DNA of 64,000 nucleotides from an uncultured delta proteobacterium (lineage in GTDB: Bacteria; Myxococcota_A; Polyangia; Polyangiales; Polyangiaceae), in assembly GCA_963841435.1 (NCBI GenBank), contig CAWJCS010000002.1:256001-320000 (forward strand). The letters run 5' to 3'. The stretch's first letter is position 1. Each line of letters opens with the position of its first letter. The notes beneath the pieces were generated by a model that saw nothing but the letters and a program-made list of their open reading frames with translations, had not been told where the DNA came from and did not search any database. The position numbers and the translations under genes were made by a program. Below, in pieces: positions 1-9,229 of the stretch.

Positions 1-107
1 GAGCCGGCGGGGGGGCTCACCGCTTCCGTTCGCGATGACTCGCCACCGCAGCCCACCGTCCCGAGCGAAACGGCGACCAGCAATCCCACCAAGACTTTAC
101 CCGTCAT
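1..107 (-). CDS. N-terminus of a lipoprotein, truncated by window edge
   Basis: Reading the minus strand from ATG at 107 gives MTGKVLVGLLVAVSLGTVG-C-GGESSRTEAV..., a signal peptide with lipobox Cys; not in the ORF track. Confidence 0.65.
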   Translation of the reverse strand, partial: MTGKVLVGLLVAVSLGTVGCGGESSRTEAVSPPAG

Positions 108-267
108 GACCCAAGCTCCCGATGCGGGTTTTCCCACGAAAGGCCTTTTGGCGCCAGGCGTGGCGGTTCGCGCCCCGCTTCGCCGCTGCGCGCACGTAGC
201 GCAGCCACGGCCTCGGGCTCACCGCTTCAAAGGAGCGCTGCTTGCAAAGCGGCATGCGGCGCCCCAT

Positions 268-1479
268 ATGCATGGCGTGAGCCACCCCAGTTTCGTCGTC
301 GCCTCCTGGGCTGCCTGGCTCGTCGTGGTCGTTGCGGCCGCGGCGTTCCGAAGCCGCGCGTACGCCACGTTCCGGGGCGTCACGCTGGGCCTCCAGGTGC
401 TGATTGCAGGCGGGCTGGCGTCGTACTTCGCGCCGGTGTTCCCGGCGTTCGCGTATCTCCAGGCCACCGTCTTTCTGAGCTCCCTCGTCTTGATTCGGCC
501 GAAGCTCCGCGGGCCGCTCTACCGGGCGACCGTCAGCGTGCCGGCGGCTTTTTTTGCCGCGGGGACGCTGCTCGCCGCGCCCTGGGCGGTCGTCGCGGCC
601 TTCGGTCTCACGCCGCACGGCGCGTGGATTCCGTACGTGTTCGCTGCCGTGGGTATCGTTCAGTCCCTCAGTACGCGTGAAGAGGTGATCGACCTCGTCG
701 TCGCTGACGGCGAGCACGTCGAGGGGCTTCGTCGGCACGCGCGGGGCGCGTTGCGCGTCGAGCGCCCGCTCACGATCGTTCAGATCACCGATCCGCACCT
801 CGGTCCCTTCATGTCGGTGGCGCGCCTGCGGCGCATCTGCGAGCGCGCCGTCGCGCGAAAGCCGGATCTCGTCGTTTTGACCGGCGACTTTCTCACGATG
901 GAATCGCAGCGGCGCCCCGAGCTCCTGACGGCGGCCCTCGAGCCACTGCGCGCGCTCGAAGGCCGCACGTTCGCCTGCCTCGGCAATCACGATCACGAGG
1001 CGCTCGCGACCGTGGAGCACGCGCTCGCGACGAACGGCGTGCGGCTGCTCGTCGACGACGCCGTGGAGCTTTCGACCGAGGCCGGCAACGTCCAGATCCT
1101 AGGGCTCGACTTCATGTGGCGCGGCCGCGCCGAGCACCTTCTTCGCGTGACGGCGCGGCACCCGCGCAGGGCAGGCTCGCTCAGGCTCCTTTTGCTGCAC
1201 GATCCGGGTGCGTTCCGTCACGTTCCCGAGGGCGAAGCGGACCTGGTGCTGTCGGGTCACACGCACGGCGGCCAGGTCGGGCTGGTGAGCCTCGGCCTTC
1301 CGCACACCATGATGCGCGCGTTCGTGCGCGCGCCGGACCACGGGCTCTGGGCGCGCGGCGTTGACCGCCTGTACGTGCATCGCGGCACCGGTCACTATGG
1401 CTTTCCGCTGAGGCTGGGTGTGCCCGCCGAAGAGAGCGTCCTGCAGGTGCACGTCGCGGGTGCCGGCTCTGCCGCGTAG
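268..1479 (+). CDS. Membrane-anchored metallophosphoesterase (YkuE/YaeI-like, calcineurin-like)
   Basis: N-terminal TM helices then motifs ITDPHLG, LTGDF, CLGNHD, LLLHDP, LSGHTHGGQ; start trimmed from ORF 106..1479. Confidence 0.9.
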   Translation: MHGVSHPSFVVASWAAWLVVVVAAAAFRSRAYATFRGVTLGLQVLIAGGLASYFAPVFPAFAYLQATVFLSSLVLIRPKLRGPLYRATVSVPAAFFAAGTLLAAPWAVVAAFGLTPHGAWIPYVFAAVGIVQSLSTREEVIDLVVADGEHVEGLRRHARGALRVERPLTIVQITDPHLGPFMSVARLRRICERAVARKPDLVVLTGDFLTMESQRRPELLTAALEPLRALEGRTFACLGNHDHEALATVEHALATNGVRLLVDDAVELSTEAGNVQILGLDFMWRGRAEHLLRVTARHPRRAGSLRLLLLHDPGAFRHVPEGEADLVLSGHTHGGQVGLVSLGLPHTMMRAFVRAPDHGLWARGVDRLYVHRGTGHYGFPLRLGVPAEESVLQVHVAGAGSAA

Positions 1480-1683
1480 CGGGGCGCGTCGTCGGCCGGA
1501 TTTCTCAGCTTGCTCGGAACGAGAACGTCCGGGACGCCGGCTTGCAGGCCGCTCGCTGTCCCGGCGTCGTTTTCGTCGCGGAGCGAGCGCGGCAGGCGGT
1601 CGCAAGCCGTGGCATGCTTCGTGGATGGGTCATGGGGAGCGCCGCGTGTCGTCGCGGGCGGTCGGTGGAAGGGAACTTTTTCG

Positions 1684-1935
1684 ATGTCAGTTCTTGCTGA
1701 GATTGCGCGCGTCGCCAGGCTCCTCCGGGGCATTCCCGTGTGGGAGGTGTTTCCGGACAGCGCCGCGGAGCATGCGGGTATTCGCTTCGGTGACGTCATC
1801 CTGAGTGTCAACGGCGTGCCGACGCCGACGTTCCAGAAGTTTCTGGCCGCCGGAGCCGACCATCTCGAATCCCTCGAGTTCGAGGTATTCAGAAACGGCG
1901 AGCGCCTTCGCCTGCGTCCGGTTTCGGGTAACTAG
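1684..1935 (+). CDS. Small stand-alone PDZ-domain protein
   Basis: EVFPDSAAEHAGIRFGDVILSVNG matches the bacterial PDZ signature. Confidence 0.75.
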   Translation: MSVLAEIARVARLLRGIPVWEVFPDSAAEHAGIRFGDVILSVNGVPTPTFQKFLAAGADHLESLEFEVFRNGERLRLRPVSGN

Positions 1936-2642
1936 CGCTCGCTCGCGGAGCCCCTGAGCTCCTTCGCGAGGCCCGAAAGCACGCCGGCTGCGTCCTTCTC
2001 GATGTTGTCGCCGTGGCCGACGATGATGCGCACGAGCCCGTTCGAGGCCACGCGGTCGAAGTGCCCGGCGAGCTCCGCCTTGTTCTTGATCATCACCATA
2101 CGCTGGAAACGGGGTACTCCGGGACGCCCTGTGGGCGCGAGGAACAAGCCCATGAGGCCGCCGGACTTCGGCATGTTGAGCACGGTGTCGTTGAAGACGG
2201 CGGTGGTGCCGCCGTCCGTCTGGACGAGCAGCACGCCCTCTTTGCCCTTCATGCCGTCGAGGTGCTCGGCTCGCACGCCAGCGTCGCGCGGGATGGCCTC
2301 GTAGTCGCCGTTGACGGGCGCGACTTTGCTCACGGTCTTCATGGCGGCGCGTGGCGCGTAGACCTTGGCCTCAGGGTAGCGCGCCTTCCAGATGCCCGCG
2401 TCCTGGCGGTGAAACCCGTTCGGTACGACGATGGCTGCCACGTTGCCGAAGGCGTCGATCTCCTTCATCTCGTCGTCGTCGAGCGCGATGGCGTTGTGCA
2501 CGATGACGCGGCCGTCCGAAAGTCGGGCGAGCGTCATGCGGCGCTGGTTGCCCTTCGGCATCGTGCCGCTCACGCTCCAGAGGTTCGGTGCCAGCTTTTC
2601 GACGGGCTGGTGCGGCAAGACCGTCCACTCCGTAAAGCTCAT
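1932..2642 (-). CDS. DUF4336-like metallo-beta-lactamase-fold protein
   Basis: RMTLARLSDGRVIVHNAI, IVVPNGFH, IIVGHGD motifs; start at MSFTEW. Confidence 0.7.
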   Translation of the reverse strand: MSFTEWTVLPHQPVEKLAPNLWSVSGTMPKGNQRRMTLARLSDGRVIVHNAIALDDDEMKEIDAFGNVAAIVVPNGFHRQDAGIWKARYPEAKVYAPRAAMKTVSKVAPVNGDYEAIPRDAGVRAEHLDGMKGKEGVLLVQTDGGTTAVFNDTVLNMPKSGGLMGLFLAPTGRPGVPRFQRMVMIKNKAELAGHFDRVASNGLVRIIVGHGDNIEKDAAGVLSGLAKELRGSASER

Positions 2643-2689
2643 GGCGCGGACGGTACCCAACCCTGGGCCTCGCGACAATCGGTCCGCGC

Positions 2690-3748
2690 TCAGGGGGGCG
2701 TGTACCGATAAAGCTCGATCCAGTCGTACGTGACGCTGGCGCCCACCGTCGCGTCGCCGACGGGCCCCGCCCAGCTCGCGCTCGACGACGCCCAGATCGT
2801 CATGAGCACGTTCTGGGGCAACTTCATGAGGTCGATGCGAGTGGTCCAGACGTAGCGCGGGATGTCGTCGATCGAAAACGTTGCTCCCGCGGGCGTCCAT
2901 TCGATGGCGTAGACGTGAAAATCCCCCGATGCGTCGAACCCCAGTACCTCGGCGTGGGGGTCCTGCGTCGGCGTGACCGAGGTCGTTACGGGCGGGGTCG
3001 TCGGCGGCCCCGTGTACACCTGCGCGTTCAGCTGCACCGAGCCGGGATCCTTCCCGAGACATTCGATGTCGAGCTCGTTCCAGTCGTCGGCGGGCCAGGG
3101 CGTATAGATCGTCACGAGCGACGACACGACCGCGGAGCCCGACGCCAGGCGGGCGCGCGCCCGCACCCGCCCGTAGCTGAGCGTGTCGAGCGAGCGTACC
3201 TCGGCCCCAAAGTACGGCTTCTCGACCCCGTTGGAGTTGACCGTACCGGTCGGGGCCGAGATCAGCGTGAGCGAGAGCATGCCGCCGTTAACGGCGACCG
3301 CCTGGTCCGAGAACAAGGCGAGGTTCGTGTCCCACGAGTGGGTCATAATCTGCCAGCGCGACGAATCGAGCGCGTCGAAGTCGTCGCGGAACACCAGCGT
3401 AAATCCGTCGGACGTGCCCCCGCTGCCGCCGTTGCTCGCGAGCCCCGCACCGCCGCCCAGGCCGCCACCCACACCTGCGCTCCCGCTCACGCCCCCACCG
3501 ACCCCCGCGCTGCCGCTGCCGCCAACGTCTGAGCTCCCGCCGACGCTGCCAAAAGCGGCCGCGCTCCCGGCTTCGCTGCTACCAGCGGCCGCAAGCCCCC
3601 CCGCGCCGCCCGTCCCCGCTCCGGCGTCACCCGCCATGCCGCCGCTACCCGATGGACCACCGTCTGCGGCTCGCGGCGCGTCCTCGGCGGTATCGCAGCC
3701 TGCGAGGCACAGAGCGGCGACGAGCAGCACCTTCGCATGCTTGGGCAC
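2690..3748 (-). CDS. GH16 beta-glucanase/licheninase-like lipoprotein with Gly-rich linker
   Basis: Lipobox LAGC, Gly/Ser linker, FRDDFD, catalytic WNELDIE (ExDxE), FHVYAIEWTP. Confidence 0.9.
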   Translation of the reverse strand: MPKHAKVLLVAALCLAGCDTAEDAPRAADGGPSGSGGMAGDAGAGTGGAGGLAAAGSSEAGSAAAFGSVGGSSDVGGSGSAGVGGGVSGSAGVGGGLGGGAGLASNGGSGGTSDGFTLVFRDDFDALDSSRWQIMTHSWDTNLALFSDQAVAVNGGMLSLTLISAPTGTVNSNGVEKPYFGAEVRSLDTLSYGRVRARARLASGSAVVSSLVTIYTPWPADDWNELDIECLGKDPGSVQLNAQVYTGPPTTPPVTTSVTPTQDPHAEVLGFDASGDFHVYAIEWTPAGATFSIDDIPRYVWTTRIDLMKLPQNVLMTIWASSSASWAGPVGDATVGASVTYDWIELYRYTPP

Positions 3749-3867
3749 GAAAAAGACGTACGAGCACGCCCGACGTGCCGCATCTCGGTTCTTGCTCTTT
3801 GTCGAGGCGCGCCGCGGGCGCGCCTGCCATATTCGAGGGGTTGGGCGCGCTCTACCAACCCTTCCCC

Positions 3868-4659
3868 ATGCTGCCGGGCAAGCGTGCCCAACTGTGGCGG
3901 CACCAGCCCTCCTACCTGCGGCCGCGGCACTTCCACGCCGAGCCGGAGATCAACTGGATCACGCGCGGCAGGGCCCGCATGGGCGTCGGCTCGCGCACGG
4001 TCGAGGTGCGAGCAGGGGACGTGCTCTTCTTGCCGGCTGGTGTCGACCACGTTCTGCTCGACGCAACGACTGATCTCGAGCTGTTCGTGAGCGCACTCGC
4101 GCCCGAGCTTGCCGCACGCGTCGTCGTACTGCCCGCGACCCTTGCCGCCGGCGGGACCCGCCTCGACGAACGGCGCCTTTACGGGCTCGAGGAGGAGCTC
4201 GTCGCGCTCGGCGAGGTGCGAGACCCCGGCATCCACGAGGCGCGCGTCGCCGGGCTCTTCTTCGAAATGTGGCGGCTCGCTGCACCGGTCCCGGCCCTCA
4301 GTCGGCGCGCGCTCACGGCAATCTCGAGCGATCCGACGTTGAGCGAAGCCGCGCTCGCCCGGCGTTTCCGAACGGGGCCGAGTCGCGTCAGTCGCCAGGT
4401 CCGCCACGACCTCGGCGTCAAGCTCGTGGACTATCGCACGCGCCTGCGCCTGATGCGCTTCATCGAGCTCGTCGATGCCGGCCGTACCTACGTCACCGCT
4501 GCACTCGACGCCGGTTTCGGCAGCTATGCCCAGTGCCACCGCATGTTCCGCCGCATTGTCGCTTGCTCTCCCAGCGACTACTTCGGCGGTGCACGTTTCG
4601 CGATCGACACCCTCACGGCGGGCGGGCTCGACGGGCGCGGGGCGAAGGTCGCAGACTGA
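3868..4659 (+). CDS. AraC-family transcriptional regulator (cupin + HTH)
   Basis: HFHAEPEIN cupin motif; C-terminal ALDAGFGSYAQCHRMFRR..SPSDY HTH; divergent from GH16. Confidence 0.9.
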   Translation: MLPGKRAQLWRHQPSYLRPRHFHAEPEINWITRGRARMGVGSRTVEVRAGDVLFLPAGVDHVLLDATTDLELFVSALAPELAARVVVLPATLAAGGTRLDERRLYGLEEELVALGEVRDPGIHEARVAGLFFEMWRLAAPVPALSRRALTAISSDPTLSEAALARRFRTGPSRVSRQVRHDLGVKLVDYRTRLRLMRFIELVDAGRTYVTAALDAGFGSYAQCHRMFRRIVACSPSDYFGGARFAIDTLTAGGLDGRGAKVAD

Positions 4660-4742
4660 GGACGCGAGCTCGGGGTCTGCCGGCAGCAGCGGCGCTTTTG
4701 CGCTAGGGAGACGGATCCGGGTCGGGTCGCGCCCAGAACGCC

Positions 4743-5726
4743 ATGGTTCCCCTTTCCATTCTCGATCTCGCTCCCATTACGCAAGGGAGCAACGTGCACG
4801 AGGCGCTCCAGCATTCCCGCGAGCTCGCGCAGCACGCCGAGCGCTGGGGCTATCGCCGCCTGTGGCTCGCGGAGCACCACAACATGCCGGGCGTCGCGAG
4901 CGCGGCCACGGCCGTCGCCATCGGGTACGTCGCAGGTGGAACGGAGACGCTGCGCGTCGGTGCGGGTGGGATCATGCTGCCGAACCACGCGCCGCTCGTC
5001 GTGGCCGAACAGTTCGGGACGCTCGCGTCGCTGTATCCGGGGCGCATCAATCTCGGCCTCGGTCGGGCCCCGGGCACCGACCCGCTCACGATGCGCGCGT
5101 TGCGCCGGCACCTGCAAGCGGGCGACGGCTTCCCCGAAGACGTCGTCGAGCTCCTGCGCTACTTCGAGCCCGAAGCTCCCGACCAGCCGATCCGCGCCGT
5201 GCCGGGCGCCGGCGTCGAGGTGCCGGTGTGGCTGCTCGGGTCGAGCCTGTACAGCGCCCAGCTTGCGGCGCGGCTCGGGCTGCCGTTCGCGTTTGCGGCC
5301 CACTTTGCGCCCGATCACTTGATGGAGGCGCTCGAGATCTACCGGCGGCAGTTTCGCCCGTCGGCCGCGCTCGCCGAGCCGTACGCGATGGCGTGCACGC
5401 ACGTCTTCGCCGCCGAGACCGACGCCGAGGCGCGGCGTCTGTTCACGTCGCTCGAGCAGGCTTTCGTGAACTTGCGCAGCGGGCGCCCGGGCCGCTTGCC
5501 GCCGCCGCTCGAGCCCGCTGACGCGGCCGAGCTCCACGCCGCTTGTGGCGACGCGCTCGCGCACCTCTTTCAGTACGCCGTCGTCGGCGCTCCGCACACC
5601 GTGCGGCAGGGGGTCACGGACTTCGTCACCCTCACGGGCGTGAACGAGCTCATGGTGACGGCCATGATTTTCGATCACACCGCGCGCCTCAGGTCCTTCG
5701 AGATCCTCGCGGGCCTCTTCGGCTGA
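4743..5726 (+). CDS. LLM-class flavin-dependent oxidoreductase (luciferase-like)
   Basis: [33 protein letters not shown] motifs. Confidence 0.95.
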   Translation: MVPLSILDLAPITQGSNVHEALQHSRELAQHAERWGYRRLWLAEHHNMPGVASAATAVAIGYVAGGTETLRVGAGGIMLPNHAPLVVAEQFGTLASLYPGRINLGLGRAPGTDPLTMRALRRHLQAGDGFPEDVVELLRYFEPEAPDQPIRAVPGAGVEVPVWLLGSSLYSAQLAARLGLPFAFAAHFAPDHLMEALEIYRRQFRPSAALAEPYAMACTHVFAAETDAEARRLFTSLEQAFVNLRSGRPGRLPPPLEPADAAELHAACGDALAHLFQYAVVGAPHTVRQGVTDFVTLTGVNELMVTAMIFDHTARLRSFEILAGLFG

Positions 5727-5839
5727 GGGGGTTGCCACGGCTCACCCCGCGCCGCCCCGCGGGGAAATGCGCCGTCCCGGTTGGACCTCGTTCTCGCGCG
5801 CGGGGAACACCGGGCCGTCGCGGCTGTCTGTACGGAGCA

Positions 5840-6493
5840 ATGCGCGCCCCATCCCTCACGCGACGGGAGCTCGCCGGATCCGTTCTGGCGGTCGGCTTCG
5901 CCTGGGCCCGGCCCGCCCATGCCGACGCGCTTCGCGAGGTGGTGCTGCAGCCGCTCGGACCCAGTAGCGCGCCGCTCGCCGCCTACGCCGAGCGCGCCCT
6001 CGCGGCCTTCTACACGGTGAAAGTCCGCGCGGCCGGCCAGATGGAGCTCCCGCGTTCCGCCTACTACGCGCCGCGTGGCCGCTACCGTGCCGAAAAGCTG
6101 CTTTCCGCGCTCGCCGAGCGACACCCGGATGCGTTTCGCGTGCTCGGCCTCGCCGCGGTCAACATCTCGACGACGAAGGGAAAAGTCGTCGACTGGGGCG
6201 TGCTCGGTCTCGCGAGCATCGACGGACGCGCGGGCGTGCTCTCTGGCTTCCGCTGCAAGCGAGGCGCGCGCGGCCCGGCACACGCCGCCGAACGGCTCGG
6301 CAAGACCGCCGTCCACGAGCTCGGCCACACCTTCGGCCTCGAGCACTGCCAGCACGTCGGCTGCCTGATGGAAGACGGCAAGGGCACCGTCCTCACGACG
6401 GACCGTGAAACCGACCTTTGCACGAGCTGTCGAGCGAAGCTCGTCGCGCGCAACCTACTGCGCACGGACGGCGTGCCGCCCTGGCACGTCTGA
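5840..6493 (+). CDS. Archaemetzincin-like (M54) Zn metalloprotease, Tat-exported
   Basis: SLTRRELAG twin-Arg signal; HELGHTFGLEHC...CLM...LCTSC zinc/Cys motif. Confidence 0.85.
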   Translation: MRAPSLTRRELAGSVLAVGFAWARPAHADALREVVLQPLGPSSAPLAAYAERALAAFYTVKVRAAGQMELPRSAYYAPRGRYRAEKLLSALAERHPDAFRVLGLAAVNISTTKGKVVDWGVLGLASIDGRAGVLSGFRCKRGARGPAHAAERLGKTAVHELGHTFGLEHCQHVGCLMEDGKGTVLTTDRETDLCTSCRAKLVARNLLRTDGVPPWHV

Positions 6494-7456
6494 TCACGGC
6501 AGAACGATGCGCCCCGGTGCGTCCTCGGCGCCCGACTCCGTGTGGCAGCCGTTGCAGTCGCCGGTCGTTTGCTCGCCGGCCATGAGGCGCTCGCGCCCCT
6601 CGGACACGACCTTGGCGCGATAGGGGAAGGCGAAGGGCTCCTCGGTCTCGTAGTAGAAGTTGCCGACCGGGTTCACGGCCATGGTGAAGGTCTTGCCGTT
6701 GGCGTCGATGACGATGACCTCCGCGGAGGTGCTCGTTCCATTGGCGCCGTCGCAGTCGTTTGGTTCGTGGGCAGACGGGTAGACGGTGCCGGCGAGCGCG
6801 AACGGTGGGCCGTCCTTGGGCCCGTTGTCATGGCAGTCGATGCACTCGCCGCCGGGGCGCATGGACCGTGAGCCTTCGTTGCCCTGCGTCCAGTAGCGGT
6901 CGCTCGTGCACGTCACGGGTGTGTCGTAGGGGTTGCCGACCACGCCGCCGCTACCGGCCGTGCCCGAATCGCAATCGGCGGGCATGCCGTTTTGGACCCA
7001 CGCTTCGAGAATGTCCGCTTCGGCGCTCGTCGGCGGGTTTGCCGGCGCCGGGGGCATCGGCGCTTCGGGATCGCGCAGGCGCTCGATCGAGACATCGATG
7101 ACGGATCGGGCGGGATCGTTGGAAGACGGCGCCGTCAGGTCCGCGGGCGCGGTCAGCGTCATCGGTACGCCGCGCGGCAATGGATCCGAATGACAGCTCA
7201 CACAGCGCGCGGCGAGCAGCGCGCTCACCTCGCAGAACGAGCCCGCCGACCCGGGCGCCGTCCCACCCGTTGCGCCGGCGCCCGAAGGGCCGCTTCCTCC
7301 CGCAGAACCGGCCGAAGCTTTCTCGCCAACCGGCACGATGGTGCCCTCCACGACGCCGTAGCAGGCGACCGACGACAACGCCGCCGCCCATGCAGCGAGC
7401 GAGCGCCATCGGCGCGCGGACCTTGGCGCGTCGGCGCCGCCGTGCCTCGAAGGCAT
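6494..7456 (-). CDS. Triheme c-type cytochrome lipoprotein
   Basis: Lipobox VAC; three CxxCH motifs (CVSCH, CIDCH, CNGCH). Confidence 0.8.
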   Translation of the reverse strand: MPSRHGGADAPRSARRWRSLAAWAAALSSVACYGVVEGTIVPVGEKASAGSAGGSGPSGAGATGGTAPGSAGSFCEVSALLAARCVSCHSDPLPRGVPMTLTAPADLTAPSSNDPARSVIDVSIERLRDPEAPMPPAPANPPTSAEADILEAWVQNGMPADCDSGTAGSGGVVGNPYDTPVTCTSDRYWTQGNEGSRSMRPGGECIDCHDNGPKDGPPFALAGTVYPSAHEPNDCDGANGTSTSAEVIVIDANGKTFTMAVNPVGNFYYETEEPFAFPYRAKVVSEGRERLMAGEQTTGDCNGCHTESGAEDAPGRIVLP

Positions 7457-7618
7457 CCCATCAGCTTACCACCCTCCGCTCCGAGCAACGCGCTCTTCCC
7501 GATGACCCGCGGTCGCGCGCATCGCGATGCATCGCACACTGTGGTCGTTGGTGGTCGTTGCTCGCTGACTCGGATCCGCTCGACCCTGCACCCGTCGTTC
7601 GATTTCGCTCGGGATGGG

Positions 7619-9229
7619 TCAGCCCTGAATGCCGGGGAGCACGTCGCCGACGGCGGAAAGATCGTAGTTGACCGCCCAAGTATCGTTCGTGCGGCCACTC
7701 ACGCTCGTCGAGCCGTAACCCGGGGTGCCGTTGCGCTCGTAGTCCGCCGGCGAAAGCCCCATCGCCTGGAGGGCCGTGACGAGGAACTGATTGTGGGGGA
7801 TGCCTTGGATGACGTTGCCGTCTTCCTGGGAAAAATAGGAACGGCCGTCCCAATCGATGTAGTCGAGATAGCGGCCCGGCTTGATGAAGCCGCCCGCGCT
7901 TCCGGCGAGCAGGCACGGAACGCTATAGGCGATGTGGTTGAAGCCCAGCTCGTTGCCCCAGTAAACGAGCGAATTGTCGAGGTAGGTAGTGCCGTTCGCT
8001 TCCTCGACGTCGAGCTTGCTCACGAGCTTGGCGAACACTTCGCTCGCGATCCAGGCGTTGATGCCTTGCAGCATGCGGCGCGAGTTCGCGTTGCCGAAGT
8101 CGTGAGCGAGGCCGTGCCAGGTGCCGCCGCTGGCGTCCTCGGAGTGGTAGTGGCCGACGAGCGTCGGGTCGCCGGAGTCCGGTCCGGGGCCGAGCGCCTT
8201 GTGCACGCCCAACGTGATGACACGCGTTCGGTCGCACATCACGGCGGCCGCGACGATGTCGAGGTAGAGGTCCCACTTGGTTTTGATGTCGGTCGGGTCG
8301 AGGCCGCTGTTGTTCGCGAGCGAAGCGGGGGCAACGGGCGCCGTGCAGGACATCGTCGGCGTAGAGCTCAGCCTCGCCTGGAGCTCCGCGACGAGCGTGA
8401 CGTACTGGTCGAGCAGGGCCTTGTCGCCGGCGGAGAGGCGCGCGCTATTCTTGAGCCGGACGTAGTCGTCGTACACGCGGTCGACGAGCAGCTTGTCGCG
8501 GTCGCTCGAGCCGGAGCCCGGATCGGGCGAGGGAGCCGAGCCGAAGACGTCGTTGAAGGCGTCGAGCGGGTTGGTGCGGGCCTTGAGCTGTTGCACCTGG
8601 TTGCCCGGCATGCCGAGGTCGGAGTACGACATCGAGTCGGTCACTCCCTGGGAGAGATGCAGGTAGCGAAGGCCCGGCGTGCTCGGGTAAACCTTCGACG
8701 AGTACGCCATCACCTGGTCGATCGTCGGCACCTCGGCGAGGCTATCGGCGTCGCACGGTGTTGCTGCCGTGCAGGACGAGAAGTTGCCGAGCAGGCCGCC
8801 GTAGTTGTGGTTGACGGCCGGCAAGAAGTCCAAGCCCCGGACGAGCGTGAGCTTCGGCAAGAACGGATTCAGCGCCGGGCCGAGGATCCCGGAGATGCCG
8901 TTCGGCGTTTCGAAGTCGGGCAGCGGGGCCCACGTGTAGTTCTGGCCGGAAACGAGCTTCTGCGTGAGCAGCGTCGTGCCGTCCGCCTTGCTGCCCGAAT
9001 ACTTGCCGTCCTTGAGCTGATAGCCGTTGCCCGTGAAGCTCGGGTACCACTCCTTCACGAGCTGCGTGCTGAACGACTTCATCACGATGAAGCGCTTGGG
9101 CGGTGTGATCGTCTGCCCGATCGCCTCGCGCGGCAGCAGCGACTCGAGGAAGGGCAGGGCGAGAGCGGCCCCTGCCGCGCCTCTGAGGACGGTGCGACGC
9201 GAAAGCAGTGCCGGTCGAGAAGAACTCAT
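7619..9229 (-). CDS. DUF1552-family Tat-exported protein
   Basis: LSRRTVLRGAAGAALALPFLESL signal, PTIDQV, MCDRTRVITL, YLDNSLV..GNE motifs; ATGA overlap with upstream gene. Confidence 0.85.
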   Translation of the reverse strand: MSSSRPALLSRRTVLRGAAGAALALPFLESLLPREAIGQTITPPKRFIVMKSFSTQLVKEWYPSFTGNGYQLKDGKYSGSKADGTTLLTQKLVSGQNYTWAPLPDFETPNGISGILGPALNPFLPKLTLVRGLDFLPAVNHNYGGLLGNFSSCTAATPCDADSLAEVPTIDQVMAYSSKVYPSTPGLRYLHLSQGVTDSMSYSDLGMPGNQVQQLKARTNPLDAFNDVFGSAPSPDPGSGSSDRDKLLVDRVYDDYVRLKNSARLSAGDKALLDQYVTLVAELQARLSSTPTMSCTAPVAPASLANNSGLDPTDIKTKWDLYLDIVAAAVMCDRTRVITLGVHKALGPGPDSGDPTLVGHYHSEDASGGTWHGLAHDFGNANSRRMLQGINAWIASEVFAKLVSKLDVEEANGTTYLDNSLVYWGNELGFNHIAYSVPCLLAGSAGGFIKPGRYLDYIDWDGRSYFSQEDGNVIQGIPHNQFLVTALQAMGLSPADYERNGTPGYGSTSVSGRTNDTWAVNYDLSAVGDVLPGIQG